NCBI RefSeq assembly: GCF_036321535.1
Contig: NC_087436.1
Span: 36,706,001 to 36,770,000 of the forward strand
Direction of reading: 5' to 3'
DNA from: Camelus dromedarius
Lineage: Eukaryota
DNA length: 64,000 bases
Program-made: the position numbers and the translations under genes
The notes under the pieces: generated by a model
What the model saw: the letters and a program-made list of their open reading frames with translations, nothing else
Database searches by the model: none
What the model was told of the DNA's origin: nothing
Shown: piece after piece, positions 25,801 to 39,668 of the stretch
How positions within the stretch are numbered: position 1 is the stretch's first letter
Layout: every line of letters begins with the position of its first letter

Positions 25801-26462
25801 CCCTCAAATATCTAACAGTACTCAGCACAGAATGCTCGTAAACAACTGGTGGGTGGATGGATGAACAGATAAATGTAGCAATCAGTCAAACAAATATCAT
25901 ATTATGTAGTAATATTTATGTTATTCAGAGACTAAGACTACATGTTCTCATAATCATAAAATAAGAGTAGCTATTATAATATGCCACAAGAAAGAATTTT
26001 TTCCAACTAATGAAAGCATCAACTCAATTATACATACCAACTGAAAGGAGTTAAGAGGGCTCCAAATACAAATATAACATATTTGACTACCTGAATATGC
26101 TATTGGTGGTTAACAATAATTAAAACAAAATAATGAAGCCATGATGATGGCTTCATGAAGAGAAAGAACTGACTCCTCTTCCCCATCTTATCCTCGACTA
26201 GACTGATACAAAGATGAGTTCTTTCACTTCCTTCCTAGCTCAATTTTGGGTTCATATTTTCCTTGTTTGGGTTAGAAGACAGCACAAAATATCTATATTT
26301 AAATTTCTCCTTTGATATCCTTGACCTCAAAAGAAGTACAGAGGTAAAAAAGTATGAATTGTGTCATCAAATCCCTATGTTGAATCTAAAAGCAAAACTT
26401 ATGGAATATAAACAAGTTCATTGTGATAAAACTCATTGTGTATATACTTATTAGAAAATTAC

Positions 26463-26580
26463 CTGTAAAGAAGTTCTTCTGTGCAAAGATGAAGTGGTAG
26501 GTGGCTTTATAAACCTCTAATTCACACTGCCATGTCTGTGGCATGTTCCATATTCGGGGGTAGCTGGCATTGATGTGGAA
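26463..26580 (-). CDS. BLTP1: BLTP1 coding exon 13 (FHINASYPRIW...KNFFT), 118 nt
   Basis: TTTGCAG| acceptor, CAG|GTAAT donor, phase 0-1. Confidence 0.95.
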
Positions 26581-27902
26581 CTGCAAACCAAATGTTAAGT
26601 AAAAATGTTTAGAGCCTAAAATGTGACATTGTGTGAACAGCATTAGAAATGAACTCACTCACACTGGTGAGTAATTAAAACTTATTTTCCTACTGAGCTG
26701 AACAGAAGGTCCCTTAGAGATTTTAACATGGCTGTGGCTAAAGGTCAGTATCCGTGGTTACATCCAGCTCCTTGAAATACTAAGCCATGATGTGGTCAAA
26801 AATTTTTAAGAACAAATCAGGCTACAGTTTTGATACTGTAGCTAAACAAATAAACTAACAGTGAATTTCCTTAATTCTTCCCCAAACCTAATCTGCTAAG
26901 TGAGAGGCTCTGGGTCAGGGAGGGTGGAGTGCAATGCATACTGTCACACAGAAGTTTGGCCACCAGTGCCTCCTGGCTTCTCAATTGACAGCACAGTAGT
27001 TATAAATCTGACATGGTGCTTTGTGGTGTATGCCACCTGCCAAAGGCTGGCAATTTTGCAAAAGCAAGAGCTGCTTGACCAGGAACAGCATTACTGCACA
27101 GCACTATTTATCAGCAAGAGCTCAGGAATTCATTAAAATGCTGAATATGTGAATTTAATATATATTTATACTATCTAATACATTCTTGGTAATTGCAAAA
27201 TTTCTGTCTAAATGTACATATATCATATGTAAATATGCTTGTTTAGACAAGCAATTAAGGACCTAATGATACCATCTAATATAAAAGAATTCTCTCTGAA
27301 TATCATTCTACATAGTGACTTTTACTATTATTGTTGTTATTTTTGTTGTCCCTAATAAAAAATAATATGTCTGATTAATGAGCCCCCAATCTGCAATTTT
27401 TAATCATGAACATTTCCATATTTATTCCGTGTCTAATATGGAGCAATTTTGGGTCTCAATAAGAGTTTTTTCTTTTTACCATATTCACCAAGTAAAAACA
27501 CAATGAATTATTAAGCTCCGAGAAAGACTCTGATGGGGCCAGAAAACATTTCATAAAAAACTACCTTATTTATAGCTTAGGAGAGAGTTAGTCTAGTCAT
27601 ACAATGAAGTTTAAAAACAATATTCTAGTAACTTCCCACAATTTAAAAGGCAAAAAACCCATGTATCATTGCCTTATTATTCATTTCCCCCAAAAGAAGA
27701 GCAACAGAGAGGTGCCAAAGGGAGTCCACAGCACTGGGAATCTACTCCTCTTCCCCAAAACAGGGCCAAGAGCACCTGGTGGTTCTTCAGGGAGAAGACA
27801 GACCATTTGATGGCTTTCTGGTCATTAAAACTTTCTATTAAAAAATTAAAACCAAATTTGTATTTTATGTATTATGTATATCACCATATACTCTAGACTT
27901 AC

Positions 27903-27994
27903 TGCTAACATTTCTGCTTCTAAAAGAGTCCGGTATTGCATGCTGGTAGTGGCGTCAACATGTAAGAGCTGTCCTTTAATTGCAGGGGTGTAAC
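27903..27994 (-). CDS. BLTP1: BLTP1 coding exon 12 (YTPAIKGQ...AEMLA), 92 nt
   Basis: ATTTTAG| acceptor, |GTAAGT donor, phase 1-0. Confidence 0.95.
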
Positions 27995-29699
27995 CTAAAA
28001 TAAGTGAAAACATAAAAATTAAGAAGCTAAAAAATATAGATAGAATTAAAAATTTTGGACTAGACAACTTCCACCCAAAGAAGGAATTCCTGAAAAATGG
28101 TGATCAGTCACTATCAAATTCACCTGAATAATGTAACCTTTTTCACTTCACAGAGCTCTGATGGAAAAAAGTTCCATCTCCATGTAACAGTTATCTGATT
28201 TTGCTCTCCAGAGCAAAACTACAAGTCTATTTTCTAAATGATAGTGTGCAACTACTTAAGACAGCTCCCATGTCTATTCCTTCACTGACCCAACAGTGCA
28301 TATTTCCATCATTTTCAACTCCTCTTTATGTAATGACAGTTTCTAAACAACAGCTATTCCTTACATAATGACAGTTACCAAATAACACAGTCCCATTCTG
28401 AATAAAAGCAGAAGTATTCAGAGATTTCACTTCTTTTCTTGATGGACTGCCCTCCTGTGAACAGTAACGCTATGGTCATTATTATATGGCTAATTCAATA
28501 TGTATCCTGCTCTGGGCAATTTTCTCCCAACCACCTGAATCTCTGAAAAGTTTTAAATGTATTTGAGTTATATTTTGTTACCGTCTAAGACCTAAGTCTA
28601 TTTTTCCCCTTTGAAGACAGTCATCTTAAAAATCACCCAACCTTTACTAAGAATCTGTCTGGGCTTTCCTAGAAACGTCACTCGTTCAGTTCCACAACCA
28701 GTGTGCTGCAGTACTTCCCATGAATTCATCATAGATATATGCTCAAGAGGTTGATCCCTTACTCTTCAGATGGCCCCTTTACCCCAGTGCACCAACAATT
28801 GTACAAAGAAAATTGTACAAATATTATTTCGTAGGTGGATCATCAGTTTAAAAATGGTAGAAGCACTTCCTTGACCAAACCACTCTCAATTTTGTGCAAT
28901 CCCCAACTGCCTTTTCCCCTATAGAAGTACAGATCCTATACATCAGTAATTAAGGCTGTCCTAAAAGATGCTTCTTTCCAAGTGACTACTCCAAATCCTA
29001 GAGAATCTCAAGCCTCTGCTTCAAGACTTACTATGGTTATTCTTTTAAAAGTAGCTAAGATAAAGTTTAGTTCTTCACTGAAATAGCCCCACAGTTACAG
29101 GGAAAGAAACTGTATGCCATTCTCAGTCACTTTTTCAATTAATTATCTAAGCAGGCAAACTCAACTGCTACCTTTATGTGCAAGCCCATGAATCTAGTCA
29201 ATTCCTCTGCCTGCTTTCTGCTACAGTAGCAACAAAATGAGTGACAGAAAACAAGAAGAGAGAGCCAAGAATTACATAAACATTACTCTATAATTATACT
29301 TAGCAATAGTAACATTGCTGGTTAGTGATTTTAAAGTATGTTGCTATTCTCTGTACTCTCAAGAAAGTGAATAAATGAAGCAGAATTTTATTCTGATTGC
29401 TCTCAATTACAAACGTAGTAAAGGAATGGGAAGAATAAGGAGAAATGAGGAAGGTTATATAACATTTTGATAAATTTAACAAAAGGTATTTAATTACGTT
29501 ACTGATGAACCTGTACGAGAGCCCAAATTCCAAAAGCATAATGAATTTAGACTATATTAGTTCAGATGAAACTACAGCTATCAAAGCATTATTTAATATT
29601 TTAAATAGGAAATGTTTTGCTTTTTTAAAGTTGTGCTAGTCAAAGTACCCAGTTACTCTCTGACAAAAATTTACTAATGATATAAATTAAAACAAAGCC

Positions 29700-29900
29700 T
29701 ATTAGTCAATCAATCGATTACTGTCCATGGACCACAAGCCAGGTACTAGGTTCAGCACCACGTCTATGCACCAGTGAAAAGAAAGACACAGCACCTGCTC
29801 TGACAGAGCAACAGACTAACACGAAAAACATATGCTAAGCAAATTATGTGCAGTCTTACAAAGGAGAAGTATAAGGTATAATGAAAGCATAGAATAATAA
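29700..29900 (-). mobile_element. L2 3' fragment
   Basis: GCCAGGTACTAGG...CAGTGAAAAGAAAGACACAGCACCTGCTCT; approximate. Confidence 0.5.
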
Positions 29901-30106
29901 GACCTAGCTTGAGTGAAACATTTTTCCTTTCTCTCTAGGTGCATGAATAATTATATAGTATTTACTAATTACAGGCACATCAAAATATAATAGAAAACTG
30001 AAAAAGAAAACCCCATTACTTTTTTTCTAAATGGATTGACACTATTCATATATTAATTATTGCACTACTAATCATTTAAAACAGAAAAATACTCATTGTA
30101 GCTTAC

Positions 30107-30185
30107 CGTTTTCTTCAACTGTCATTGGAATATTAATTTCTAAATATGACCCGGCTCCTACATTTACATGCACAGCATTTGTTTC
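30107..30185 (-). CDS. BLTP1: BLTP1 coding exon 11 (ETNAVHVNV...TVEEN), 79 nt
   Basis: TTTGGTAG| acceptor, G|GTAAGC donor, phase 0-1. Confidence 0.95.
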
Positions 30186-30556
30186 CTACCAAAAGGAAAA
30201 ATTAAATAATATAAAACATTTTATCACAGACAAAATTTAATCATCAATAATATTAAATAGGCATTAAAAGTTCCTAAGAGCAAAAATTCAAATTTATACC
30301 AAAAATATACTAAAACAATTTAGCCAGATATAAAGGAGAAAATAAGTCAGATTACAGTATGAAAGTCTATTATTATTAACTAACTTTTTTCTATTATTTG
30401 GCACCTAATGAAAGTAACACACATATAATTATTGGGGGGAGTGGAGAGGGGAAGCACATAGAAATGAATCTAAGTACAGGAGTAGTCACCAGAAAAACAG
30501 TTTAAATTTTGTTTAAATTTTAAATACTATTTCTACTATATTATTTCAATAACTAC

Positions 30557-30713
30557 CCTATTTTTGGTAAACAGCAAGTCAATTGTAGCATCTGCAATAA
30601 TATTCATTCGTAGTTCAAAAGCAAGGATCTGTCTTGGTCTCCCAGGTTGTGCAATTTCAGAAACTTTGAGAACTTGATAATCAGGTGGGAAGAAGAACTT
30701 CCATAAACAATCT
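30557..30713 (-). CDS. BLTP1: BLTP1 coding exon 10 (DCLWKFFFPPDY...FTKNR), 157 nt
   Basis: TTTATATAG| acceptor, AGG|GTAGTT donor, phase 2-0. Confidence 0.95.
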
Positions 30714-31039
30714 CTATATAAAGAGGAAGAAAGAAAAGTGATATGTTATTCAAGTAAAATTACCTCTAATAAAGTACCAAAACCAGTATTATAATTTTAT
30801 ATTATCACCGCTATCTCATTTAACAATTAGAAATTAAATAGGAAAAAAATCAGTCACAAAATAAAACTTACTATACTTTCAGTAAAATGAAAGACTGTTT
30901 TTTCCAATGTTTTATACTTCCAGAGATCAATGGGCTTTAAGCACTTAATAAATATACAATTATCAAATGAGATATCTGAGAAATTAAAGACTTTCTACAA
31001 GTACATCATCCTATTCAAATGGCAAAGAAAGACCTGAAG

Positions 31040-31235
31040 GAAGATGGTTTAATCAGAACCATCATTCCACTCTAGGCAAGTTACTTGAACCTTTTTGAGA
31101 ACACATGTCTGCTTCCTCATCTGTAAAATAGGATTACAGTAACTGGTTTCACAGAATAGATCCAAGGATTAAATGACAACATACATGAAAAAGACATGGC
31201 AGTATGTGGCACATGGAAAAAAATGGCAATTATTT
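31040..31235 (+). mobile_element. MIR
   Basis: GGCAAGTTACTTGAACC...TTCCTCATCTGTAAAATAGGATTA...AGGATTAAATGA. Confidence 0.7.
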
Positions 31236-31739
31236 CTATGATTTTCATAATCATTATTTTTAACCAATATTATAATAGTAAGAGTCCAAAGAGCAATAGA
31301 TTTCTAAACAAGTAAACAAGTATTTGGTGGGTAAGAATCTAATGTATTTGCCTCCCCTTATCATTTGACAAAGATTAAAAAAAAAAAAGAAATTTTTAAT
31401 TCAGAGTCTTCTATATAAGTAAAAATTAGAATAATGTTACTCATACAATCAAAAAAGGTGCCAGTTTGTGACTTTTAAACAGGAAGAATTGAGGAAGGAG
31501 TCACCAGTAACAGGAAATGCTGCATGGAATAAACTGACTGGGAAAAACTAGATGAACACAACAAAATTTGCAAACTGACCCATCACAGACTTTAACTTGC
31601 CGTGATTAAATTAACGTACATGAAAAGAAAATTAAGTCTGCAAATGTTTTGGTTAAGACACACAAATATATAGAACTGAGACTATTAAAGACAAAGAATC
31701 CATCTGATCATTAGATGATCATGGACTAGTAAATGGGTA

Positions 31740-31985
31740 GTAGGATACAATGAAATGAGCAGTGGATTTGAAGGGCTGGCTCTAGATGCTAAAGCTTCAC
31801 TGTCTTGCCCAGCTCACTGAACCCCTATGCATCTCCATTTTCCCACAGGTATAATGAGTTCACCACACCTGTCCTTGTACCTCTCACTGCGTTATGAAGA
31901 TCAAGTGTGAAAATATAAATGAAAGCACTTAAGTTAAAGCAATGAAAAGTTAGACAATGTCAGGAATGTTTGCATTATTATAATA
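31740..31985 (+). mobile_element. MIR (diverged)
   Basis: TCACTGAACCCCTATGCATCTCCATTTTCCCAC...TTATGAAGATCAAGTG. Confidence 0.55.
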
Positions 31986-32062
31986 ATCATTAATGATTAA
32001 GTACAAATCTATGAAGTTTGCATTTTAACTCCATCATGAAAACTCTTAAGCATATCATGAAT

Positions 32063-32400
32063 AGATGGAGCACAAGGGATTTTTAGGGCAAAGAAATTAT
32101 TCTGTATGATACTATATTGGTGGCTACATGTCATTATGCATTTGTCAAAACCCATAGAATGTACAACATCAAGAGTAAACCCTAATGTAAACTGTGGACT
32201 TTGGTTGATAATAATGTGCCCATGTTGGTTCATTGACTGTACCAAATATGCCACACTGATGAGGGATAGGGGAGTATTATATGTGTGGGTGGGGAGGGCT
32301 ATGTGTGAACTCTTCGTATTTTCTGCTCAATTCTGTTGTGAACCTGAAACTGCTCCTCTAAAAGAATAAAGTCTATTAAAAAAAAGAAAAGAAAAGAAAA
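32063..32400 (+). mobile_element. L1MC-type 3' end with A-rich tail
   Basis: GTCAAAACCCATAGAATGTACAAC...AACCCTAATGTAAACTGTGGACTTTGG...AATAAAGTCTATTAAAAAAAA. Confidence 0.85.
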
Positions 32401-34120
32401 TATCATGAAGGAAAAGTTGAGTATCTTAAAGATTCAGAAAATCATGTAAAGGTAAGAGAACTGACATCAAAATCTACAAGCTAAAAGGTCATGCTACATG
32501 ATCAAAAACTTTTCAAAATGCCAAGTGAACTATCCAATAGCAAAATAGTTGTGATTTCTTCCTTTATTTCTTACATTAATAGGTTGATGCTAAGAAAACT
32601 AATCTAATTATTCGTTTCTGATTACAGTTCATATTTGTGTAGAAATTCAATATGGGGAAGAAAAAAGGAAATGGCTACAAAAGAGGAAATGACCATTTGT
32701 ATATGTAAGGGAATAGATAAATACTATTATTATCCACATAAGGAAACTAAACCCATGTTATAAATTCCCCTCTTCCTTCCTTCCTTTCTTTTCTCTCCAT
32801 GATTTTTTTAAGTCCAGGTTAAGAAATGTATTGCTGTTCTCTCCTAGCAGTGGCAGGATCTACTGCAGGGAGTTGGTAAAGCAAATTTTTCCTTCATGTT
32901 ATCTTCAGTATCTTTTTTCTATATTACAAAAATATCACCTTAGAAGTGAATATGATTATATATTGAAAGAATTTTAGCTTGGATTTTCATGTAAATATAG
33001 CCTAATACTTTTTTAAATGAAAAAAAGTGAATATAGTTTAAGAAGAATCACACTTTACTCAAGTGCTAGAAATGCAAAAATATTTTATGTCTGTGTTAAA
33101 ACACTGCTTTAATTTTTTCCTTTCAAGTATAACAAATGTAAATGTCATTTAATGGAATATAAAAACCCTCATTTTCAACTATTTCATAGTAAACATAGCA
33201 CGGCTTAGTGTAGGAAAAATTTTATCATAAAAGGAAAAACTTCATCATAAAAGGAAAATTTAAGTCCAGTAATTTGAAAAGTATTTGTCTTCTAATCTGA
33301 AATTTTAAGCTCTGTTTACTTTCAAGTTTAATAACCTAACCTAGAATTTAATGAAGTATTAGCATATTGCAAGTTTTCAAATAACACATTTACTTTTCAT
33401 TTACCACACAACTGTCAAATATGTAAATAACTACTTAATGGAGCAGGTATTCCTATATACTAAAGATACCAAGATTAACAGAATGTAGTACTTGACAAAG
33501 CACATAACTCTTCCAACAATCTTAGGTAGAAAGTACTTTTTAAAACAACTATGAAAAGAGACAGTATATCAAGAAGTCAGTATCAGCTCTCTTATTAGTC
33601 TATCAATGGCCCAGTAATATCTGCTTCAGTGACTGATCTGGCCTGTATTTCTCCATTCAAGTTAGTTTATGAAAAACTAAACTATCTTTAAACAATGTCT
33701 GTTTACATAAAAATTTAAATGTTCCCTCATAATTAATGGTAAATGTCCCCTTCTTTGTTTAAAATTCTTCAATAAGTAGATAGTTGTTCATAATACATTA
33801 ACAACTTTTAAATTATTCCAAAACTAACAGAAACTAAGAAATAAAAAATGCTTTTTATCTTTCACTCTCCATTACCTCCAGTATAAAATCTATGTATTTC
33901 TTAACTACCTACAAATCTCTTAACCTGCAGAACCTATTAAGACAATTCTCCACTCACATCACACATTTGCAGAGCTCTTCCCTTGCCCTGATTATTTATC
34001 CTTCCCTTTCATTCCTGGCTAATTTTTACTTATCTTTCAGAATTTAACTCACATGTTACCTATACCAAATAGCACTCCCCAATTCTTCTCTCCTCTAATC
34101 TTCAGTATGAGTTATGAACC

Positions 34121-34532
34121 CATTACGGGCTAAACTGTGTCCCTCTACAATTTCTATGTTGAAATCCTAATCCCCAGGACCTCAGATTTGCCCATAGTCA
34201 GAGACAGGGTTTTTAGAGAGGTAGTTAAGTTAAAATGAGGTCAGCAGAGTGGGCCCTAATACAGTATGTCTGGTGTTCTGCTAAGAAGAGGAAATTTGGA
34301 CACAGAGACCTACAGGACACATGAGAGGGAAGACCATGTGAAGGCACAGGGAGAAGATGACCATCCACAAGCCAAGGAGGAAGGCTTGACACATCCTTCC
34401 CTCAGACCTCGGAAGTAACCTATCCCACCAACACCTTGATTCTGGAATTCTAACCTCCAGAACTATGAGAAATTTCTGTTAGGCCACACAGTCTGTGGCA
34501 TTTTGTTATGGGAGCCTTAGTAAACTAATACA
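34121..34532 (+). mobile_element. MaLR solo LTR (MLT1A/B-type), apparently nested in an L2 fragment
   Basis: GGGCTAAACTGTGTCCC...TAAAATGAGGTCA...GAGAAGATGACCATCCACAAGCCAAGGAG...AAACTAATACA. Confidence 0.85.
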
Positions 34533-34943
34533 GTATCTTTCTAAGTTCTTCATCCAGACTTTTTACTTATTTGTATTATAGCACTTAATAAAACTCTTTT
34601 GTTTCTTTTTTCCTAAAACTGAACTATATATGTCTTCTATCTCTGAATCTCCATAGTCCCACCAATCTCTGGCATATTCTTGATTAAATACGAAAGTAAA
34701 AACAAAGGAACCAATAAATATGTGGCTCATCCACCACTTTTCTAATGAATTAGCTTCTTTAGAGCAAACTTGCTTTTGCCAATTTCTCTACAAACAAGTT
34801 ATTATTTGGATTAAACTGTTTAGTGACATCTCACCCTGCATAATAAAATAGCTTCTAAAATACTATGGTAGTTTTTAATAAAAATTATACTATTATCCCA
34901 ATACATTTGAAAGACTTAATAGAAATATAATTTAATCAAGTAC

Positions 34944-35094
34944 CTCTGCCTATCAGCCCATGGCCCATAGTTGAAATCTGTTCCTTTACCACAAACTATA
35001 TCTAGTCCCCAGCAAGGAGGTAAATCTTGTAATTTGCAATCCTCACTGCTCACTTCTCCTTCAACATTTTCTTCTGTTTCTTCTGGAACAAGTC
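34944..35094 (-). CDS. BLTP1: BLTP1 coding exon 9 (LVPEETEE...GPWADRQ), 151 nt
   Basis: ATTACAG| acceptor, AG|GTACTT donor, phase 1-2. Confidence 0.95.
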
Positions 35095-35160
35095 CTGTAA
35101 TGCAGAATATACAATATGAAGGTAGTTAATTAAAATAACCATTAAAACGTTTCATTAGAT

Positions 35161-36465
35161 CAGCAGTTCTAAAAAACTTTTTGATCTCAGGAACCCTTTA
35201 CACTCTAAAAAATTATTCAGGATCCCAAAGTTGGATTTTTTTTTTTGCACTATATCCTATCAAAAATATACTGTATTCAAAATCTGAACTGAGCAATATT
35301 TTTAAATTTTATTTTTAAAGTAAACTCATTCATCATTGACATAATGAAACGTTTAATAAAATGTAATAAAAATATGTGGAAAATAACTGTATTTTAATGA
35401 AAATAAATGAATTTTAATTCTATTTTTAATGAAAATATTTTTAAATCAAAATAACCATATTTTTTAAAACAAAGTAATTTAGTGAGAAGTACTGGCACTG
35501 TTTTTATATTGGCAAATCTCTTTAATGCCCAGGTTAGTAGAAAACAGGTAAATTCTCATAACTTTCTACATTTAATCTGTTGTTCAAGGATTTGAAGAAA
35601 ATCCTTCAATCCTAGCCTCATACAAATAGGCAGGCAGAAAAAGGAGGAATATTTTAATAGCTTTTCCAGATAATTTTGGATATTCTTTGACACCACACCA
35701 AAATTCAACAAATGATAATTTCTTAAAGATTACCTGCAGTATGGAATCTAAAATCATATCACTCAAATTTTCATACCCTGATAGGTTAAAATTTACTGAT
35801 CTCACTTGCATTTTGAATAAATCTTTTACCAACATCATACATTGGTCATCTGGAAAATATTGGTTCACTGAGACATGCATATTTTTTCCAAATAGACAAA
35901 TTTCATTAAACATTTAAAAAATCATATTGTTACTATCACTAGTGGTCTCATCAGAAAAGTCATCAAATGCATAGTGGCAGACCCAAATTTAAAAATTCTA
36001 ATTTTCACATGAAAACTCAGAAACATAGTTTGTCCCTAGTTGCTCTTTCAAGCAAAACTGGTGTTCCATGAAAAGAGCAAATAGTTCAGCTTGGAACCAA
36101 TCACACAAGTGCTTTTCACAAAATAAAAGTGTACTTTGTTATGCAGCAGAAGTGTAGTCTATGTACTTATCATTTTATCACACTGAACATTAAAAAGTTC
36201 ACTCAAGGGTCAAGATTTGATGAAAATAATTTTTACTGCTTGATCAAAAACACTGTAAAATGATACTGGCATTTGTTACTTTTATTGTGAGTGTGTGGCA
36301 GTGATGACTAATACAGTTTGGAACCACTGCCTCGACTCGTGTTAAAGCACCAGCGGTTTTACCCACCATATATCTTTTGCATCATTAGTACAACATGGTT
36401 TAAAAAAAAAAGCAAATAACATCCTAATTTTGAAAATATTTTAACCTCATAAGCCTCCTGAAATG
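35161..36465 (-). mobile_element. hAT-Charlie (Charlie1-type) DNA transposon remnant
   Basis: CAGCAGTTCT terminus; ORF 35584..35913 retains decayed hAT dimerisation-like segment FVEFW...EYPKLSGKAIKIFLLF..YLYEA. Confidence 0.8.
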
Positions 36466-36944
36466 TATTTAAAAAAAATGAGAATTAGAAAAAAAGGGCT
36501 AAAAATTCAGTATTTAGCTGCTTTTATAAAATTGAGGCCGCCTGTGAAATACTGAAACTAGCTGGACTTCAATCCTTAATATTTAAGCCTCAAATCTAAC
36601 TCACTGTGATTTTTTTCCTAAGCCAGCATGAACTCCTTAACTACTACCGTATTCTCTAAAAGTTTTCTCTCATGGTCATTTGCATTCACAATTTTTGAGG
36701 TATATTTGTGAAAATGGAATTTGAAGGAAAGATTACTATACTGTTCTCTTTTGATCTGATACATAATATTCAACTTTTGACAAATGACACATATATTTTT
36801 TAGGTAGGCATTCTTACATCTACATTTGCCATTATCAATGTTTATTTATATCCTAAGTAGGGAGACTTAAAATATTATTAGATATTAGCGTTTCATAGAA
36901 GAAACAGAATTGCAGCTATGAAACTTATTTTCAAAAAATAATAC

Positions 36945-37024
36945 CTGGCTCATCCATGTAATAGTAGATGTCAACATCATTTGACTGCATCACCACAAAA
37001 CCTTCTCCCATTAATCTTGGCGGT
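36945..37024 (-). CDS. BLTP1: BLTP1 coding exon 8 (PPRLMGEGFVV...YMDEP), 80 nt
   Basis: TTTGTATAG| acceptor, CAG|GTATT donor, phase 2-1. Confidence 0.95.
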
Positions 37025-39034
37025 CTATACAAAGGAGGGGGGAAACGCAAACTAAGTACATCTCCAAATACAAAATGTTCACTATTCTAATTAAATGGTA
37101 ATAGGCAAAAACAAACAAAAAAACTAAAAAGCAATCAGGTGCAGCATCTTGAAAAGGGAAAACATCTTTCACATATACAATAAGTTGTTCCATAACTGCT
37201 TTCTATATTAGACTATATAATAAAATGGTACTAAAAATTTTTGATCAGTAAATTGGTTCAAGAAGGAAAAAAAATCTGTTTTTCATGTTTCATTTTAAGT
37301 TCTGAATGAGAAAAATCAATTTAAATCAAAGTTTAATTAAGTACGATGGAAGAACAATGTTTGCTGGAACAGAATAATCATATTCTGCATTTGCAACAAA
37401 ATATTTAAAATTAGACTTAAAACTCAACCATTTTATATAAATAACACTACAAAATAATAAGAAATATCATTTTATATGTCTGTAAAATAAAGTACAATCT
37501 TTCAGAAACATTAAATAAGAAAAAATGTTAGGTCATTTTTAACAATTTTATATTATCTATTTCTAAGAATATTTAGTTGATCAACTTGAAATAAATTGAA
37601 CTAAATTTAAAGCAAACATCTTGAACTCAAATTCTGGAATGAATGTTTCCATACTGTCAATTAATTTCCCACAAACTGTTAATCTTTACTTGCTTTAACA
37701 AATTTCTCTTTGTCATACATCACAACATCTTTCATCCGCATAAAAATTAACCTCTCAATCATTAGATAATATAACATACACAGATTTAGCCATCATCTTC
37801 TAAATATGTATTAAACAACAAAGGTTAGTGTATAATTACATCAGTTAATCTCCATGCTTACTTTTGAAGAGGGAAAAATATAATTTAAAATCTTTTTATA
37901 CAAATTAATAACAGATCACTTTTTCATTTTACTCTCTAGTAATTTTCACAGAAATACAGATTTATTTATTCAGGATTACAACTTGTACCCATAAATACAG
38001 AACTGTGTGCGTAGCCCACATTCCAGAAGATGCTCAGGAAACTCAGTGATCCTGAAGAGTGAAACCAGGTAGACCCACAGCCTCTCTGGTAGTCAAGTAG
38101 GGAAAATGACTCTATCATCCTTGCCAATCCCTAGAAATTCTAACAGCAAGCTAGCCAGAAAGCTGGAACCAGAAAGGAACAATCGTGCGTCTCATAACCT
38201 CAAATTTTATATTGCCTACACACAAAAAATAAAAGCTGAGACATAGTGGAAATTCATCATATGAATACTTAAATTACACAAATTCAATCATAGAGTCTCC
38301 TATAGAGTCTTCTTCACAAAAAAGAATAGAGACTGAGAATAACAAAGACTACAAAAGCGCTCATCTCACTCATGAGCACGTGGCCTGGGGCCAGATGGGA
38401 GTCATATGTCTGCTATTACCTGAGGGTCCCAGTTCACTGGAATGAAAGCATCCCATCACAGTGAGGGTGACGCTAATGTGGATCCTTATTACTCTGTGTC
38501 TCCTAAATGCAAGCAGCTACTTCACTGAAGGAAAGCAAGTCAGGAAAGCCACGTGGAAAACTGACTGGGACTCAAATGTCAAACAAGTTCCAAAACTGTT
38601 CTAACTTCATCAGTTTTCCAAGAGTAATTCTTATCCAATTTTTAACTTTTCGTTAACTCAAATGGTATTCCACTATGTATTTGCTGAATTTACTATTTAT
38701 CCATCCCTTCTGAAAATAAAAACCTACCTGTAATGTGTATTTTCTAACATACAAACATCACAGCTTAACTGCCCAAAATAAGTTTCCCAAATACAGTGAG
38801 GAGAAAAAGATAGAAAAATTACTTATAAGCTTATAGAAAAATATTAAAATAGAAGTTTACCAATGGATAACACATCCATTTATCTTATAAAACAGGAATA
38901 TTACCAATTGATTTAATAGGGAAATATACCTATTGCCCAACTTACAGCAAAAAAATTAAAAGGATGCTGAAGATTCTAAATGATAGCTACACTAGATATA
39001 AAGAAGTTATTTGTTATTTTTATGACTTTCTTAC

Positions 39035-39228
39035 TCATCATTTTGAAGACCAACATATCTCGGACTAGGAACCAGCATGACTCGAACATTTTCAAGCTTT
39101 CCTTTCACAATATGCATGAACTGGTCAAGATGACTGGAAGGTGGTTTTGTAGTGTAAGTTAAGAAAGCATCATCAAAATTGATGCATAGAGTCTGAGGCT
39201 GGTAATGATTTCCGAAAGCCAAACGTCC
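39035..39228 (-). CDS. BLTP1: BLTP1 coding exon 7 (GRLAFGNHY...LQND), 194 nt
   Basis: TTTTTTAG| acceptor, GA|GTAAGA donor, phase 0-2; overlaps ORF 39031..39222. Confidence 0.95.
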
Positions 39229-39586
39229 CTAAAAAACAGATAAGAGATATTATGCCATACTATTCAGGCCATACTGTTTTTCCTTAGTTGACCTAATAAC
39301 AAGCATTTTCAAGTAACTACTAAATGATTCCACTTTAGCACTCTATACTATTTAAATTACTCTGCTGACCAATTTAGACCAGTATTTAAAGAAATTTAAG
39401 TACTTGTAAATAAATAAATAGCCTTTAAGGTCTAATATATTTGTGCTAAAATGGTACTGGTATTGAAATAATTCTTTCACTTTATGAAAAATGGAACCAA
39501 AAAAACTCCACAAAATTATCTTCTTAAGTGAAAATTAGATTCTGTTATTAACCCATCAAACATTAATTGTAGTAAAATTTACTTAC

Positions 39587-39668
39587 TGTGCTCACATTGA
39601 CCTTTATGACTGGAATAAGTGATCTCCATGAAGATGTGGGGTCTTGAGATTCTGTTTTTACTTTAACT
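39587..39668 (-). CDS. BLTP1: BLTP1 coding exon 6 (VKVKTESQDP...VNVST), 82 nt
   Basis: TTCTCAG| acceptor, |GTAAGT donor, phase 2-0. Confidence 0.95.

Noticed and set aside
26133..26156. Perfect 10-bp hairpin ATGAAGCCAT-GATG-ATGGCTTCAT
   Set aside because: About what chance gives in 64 kb of AT-rich DNA; no supporting context
33221..33260. Short direct repeats (also ~42684-42722 and ~28330-28390) as CRISPR-like arrays
   Set aside because: Two-copy slippage duplications without spacers in a mammalian intron
35584..35913. Domesticated hAT transposase gene
   Set aside because: Only a short degenerate piece inside a Charlie remnant, with no supporting gene structure
38000..38560. Possible ERVL-type LTR remnant (also ~9120-9420)
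   Set aside because: Resemblance too weak to call without a repeat search
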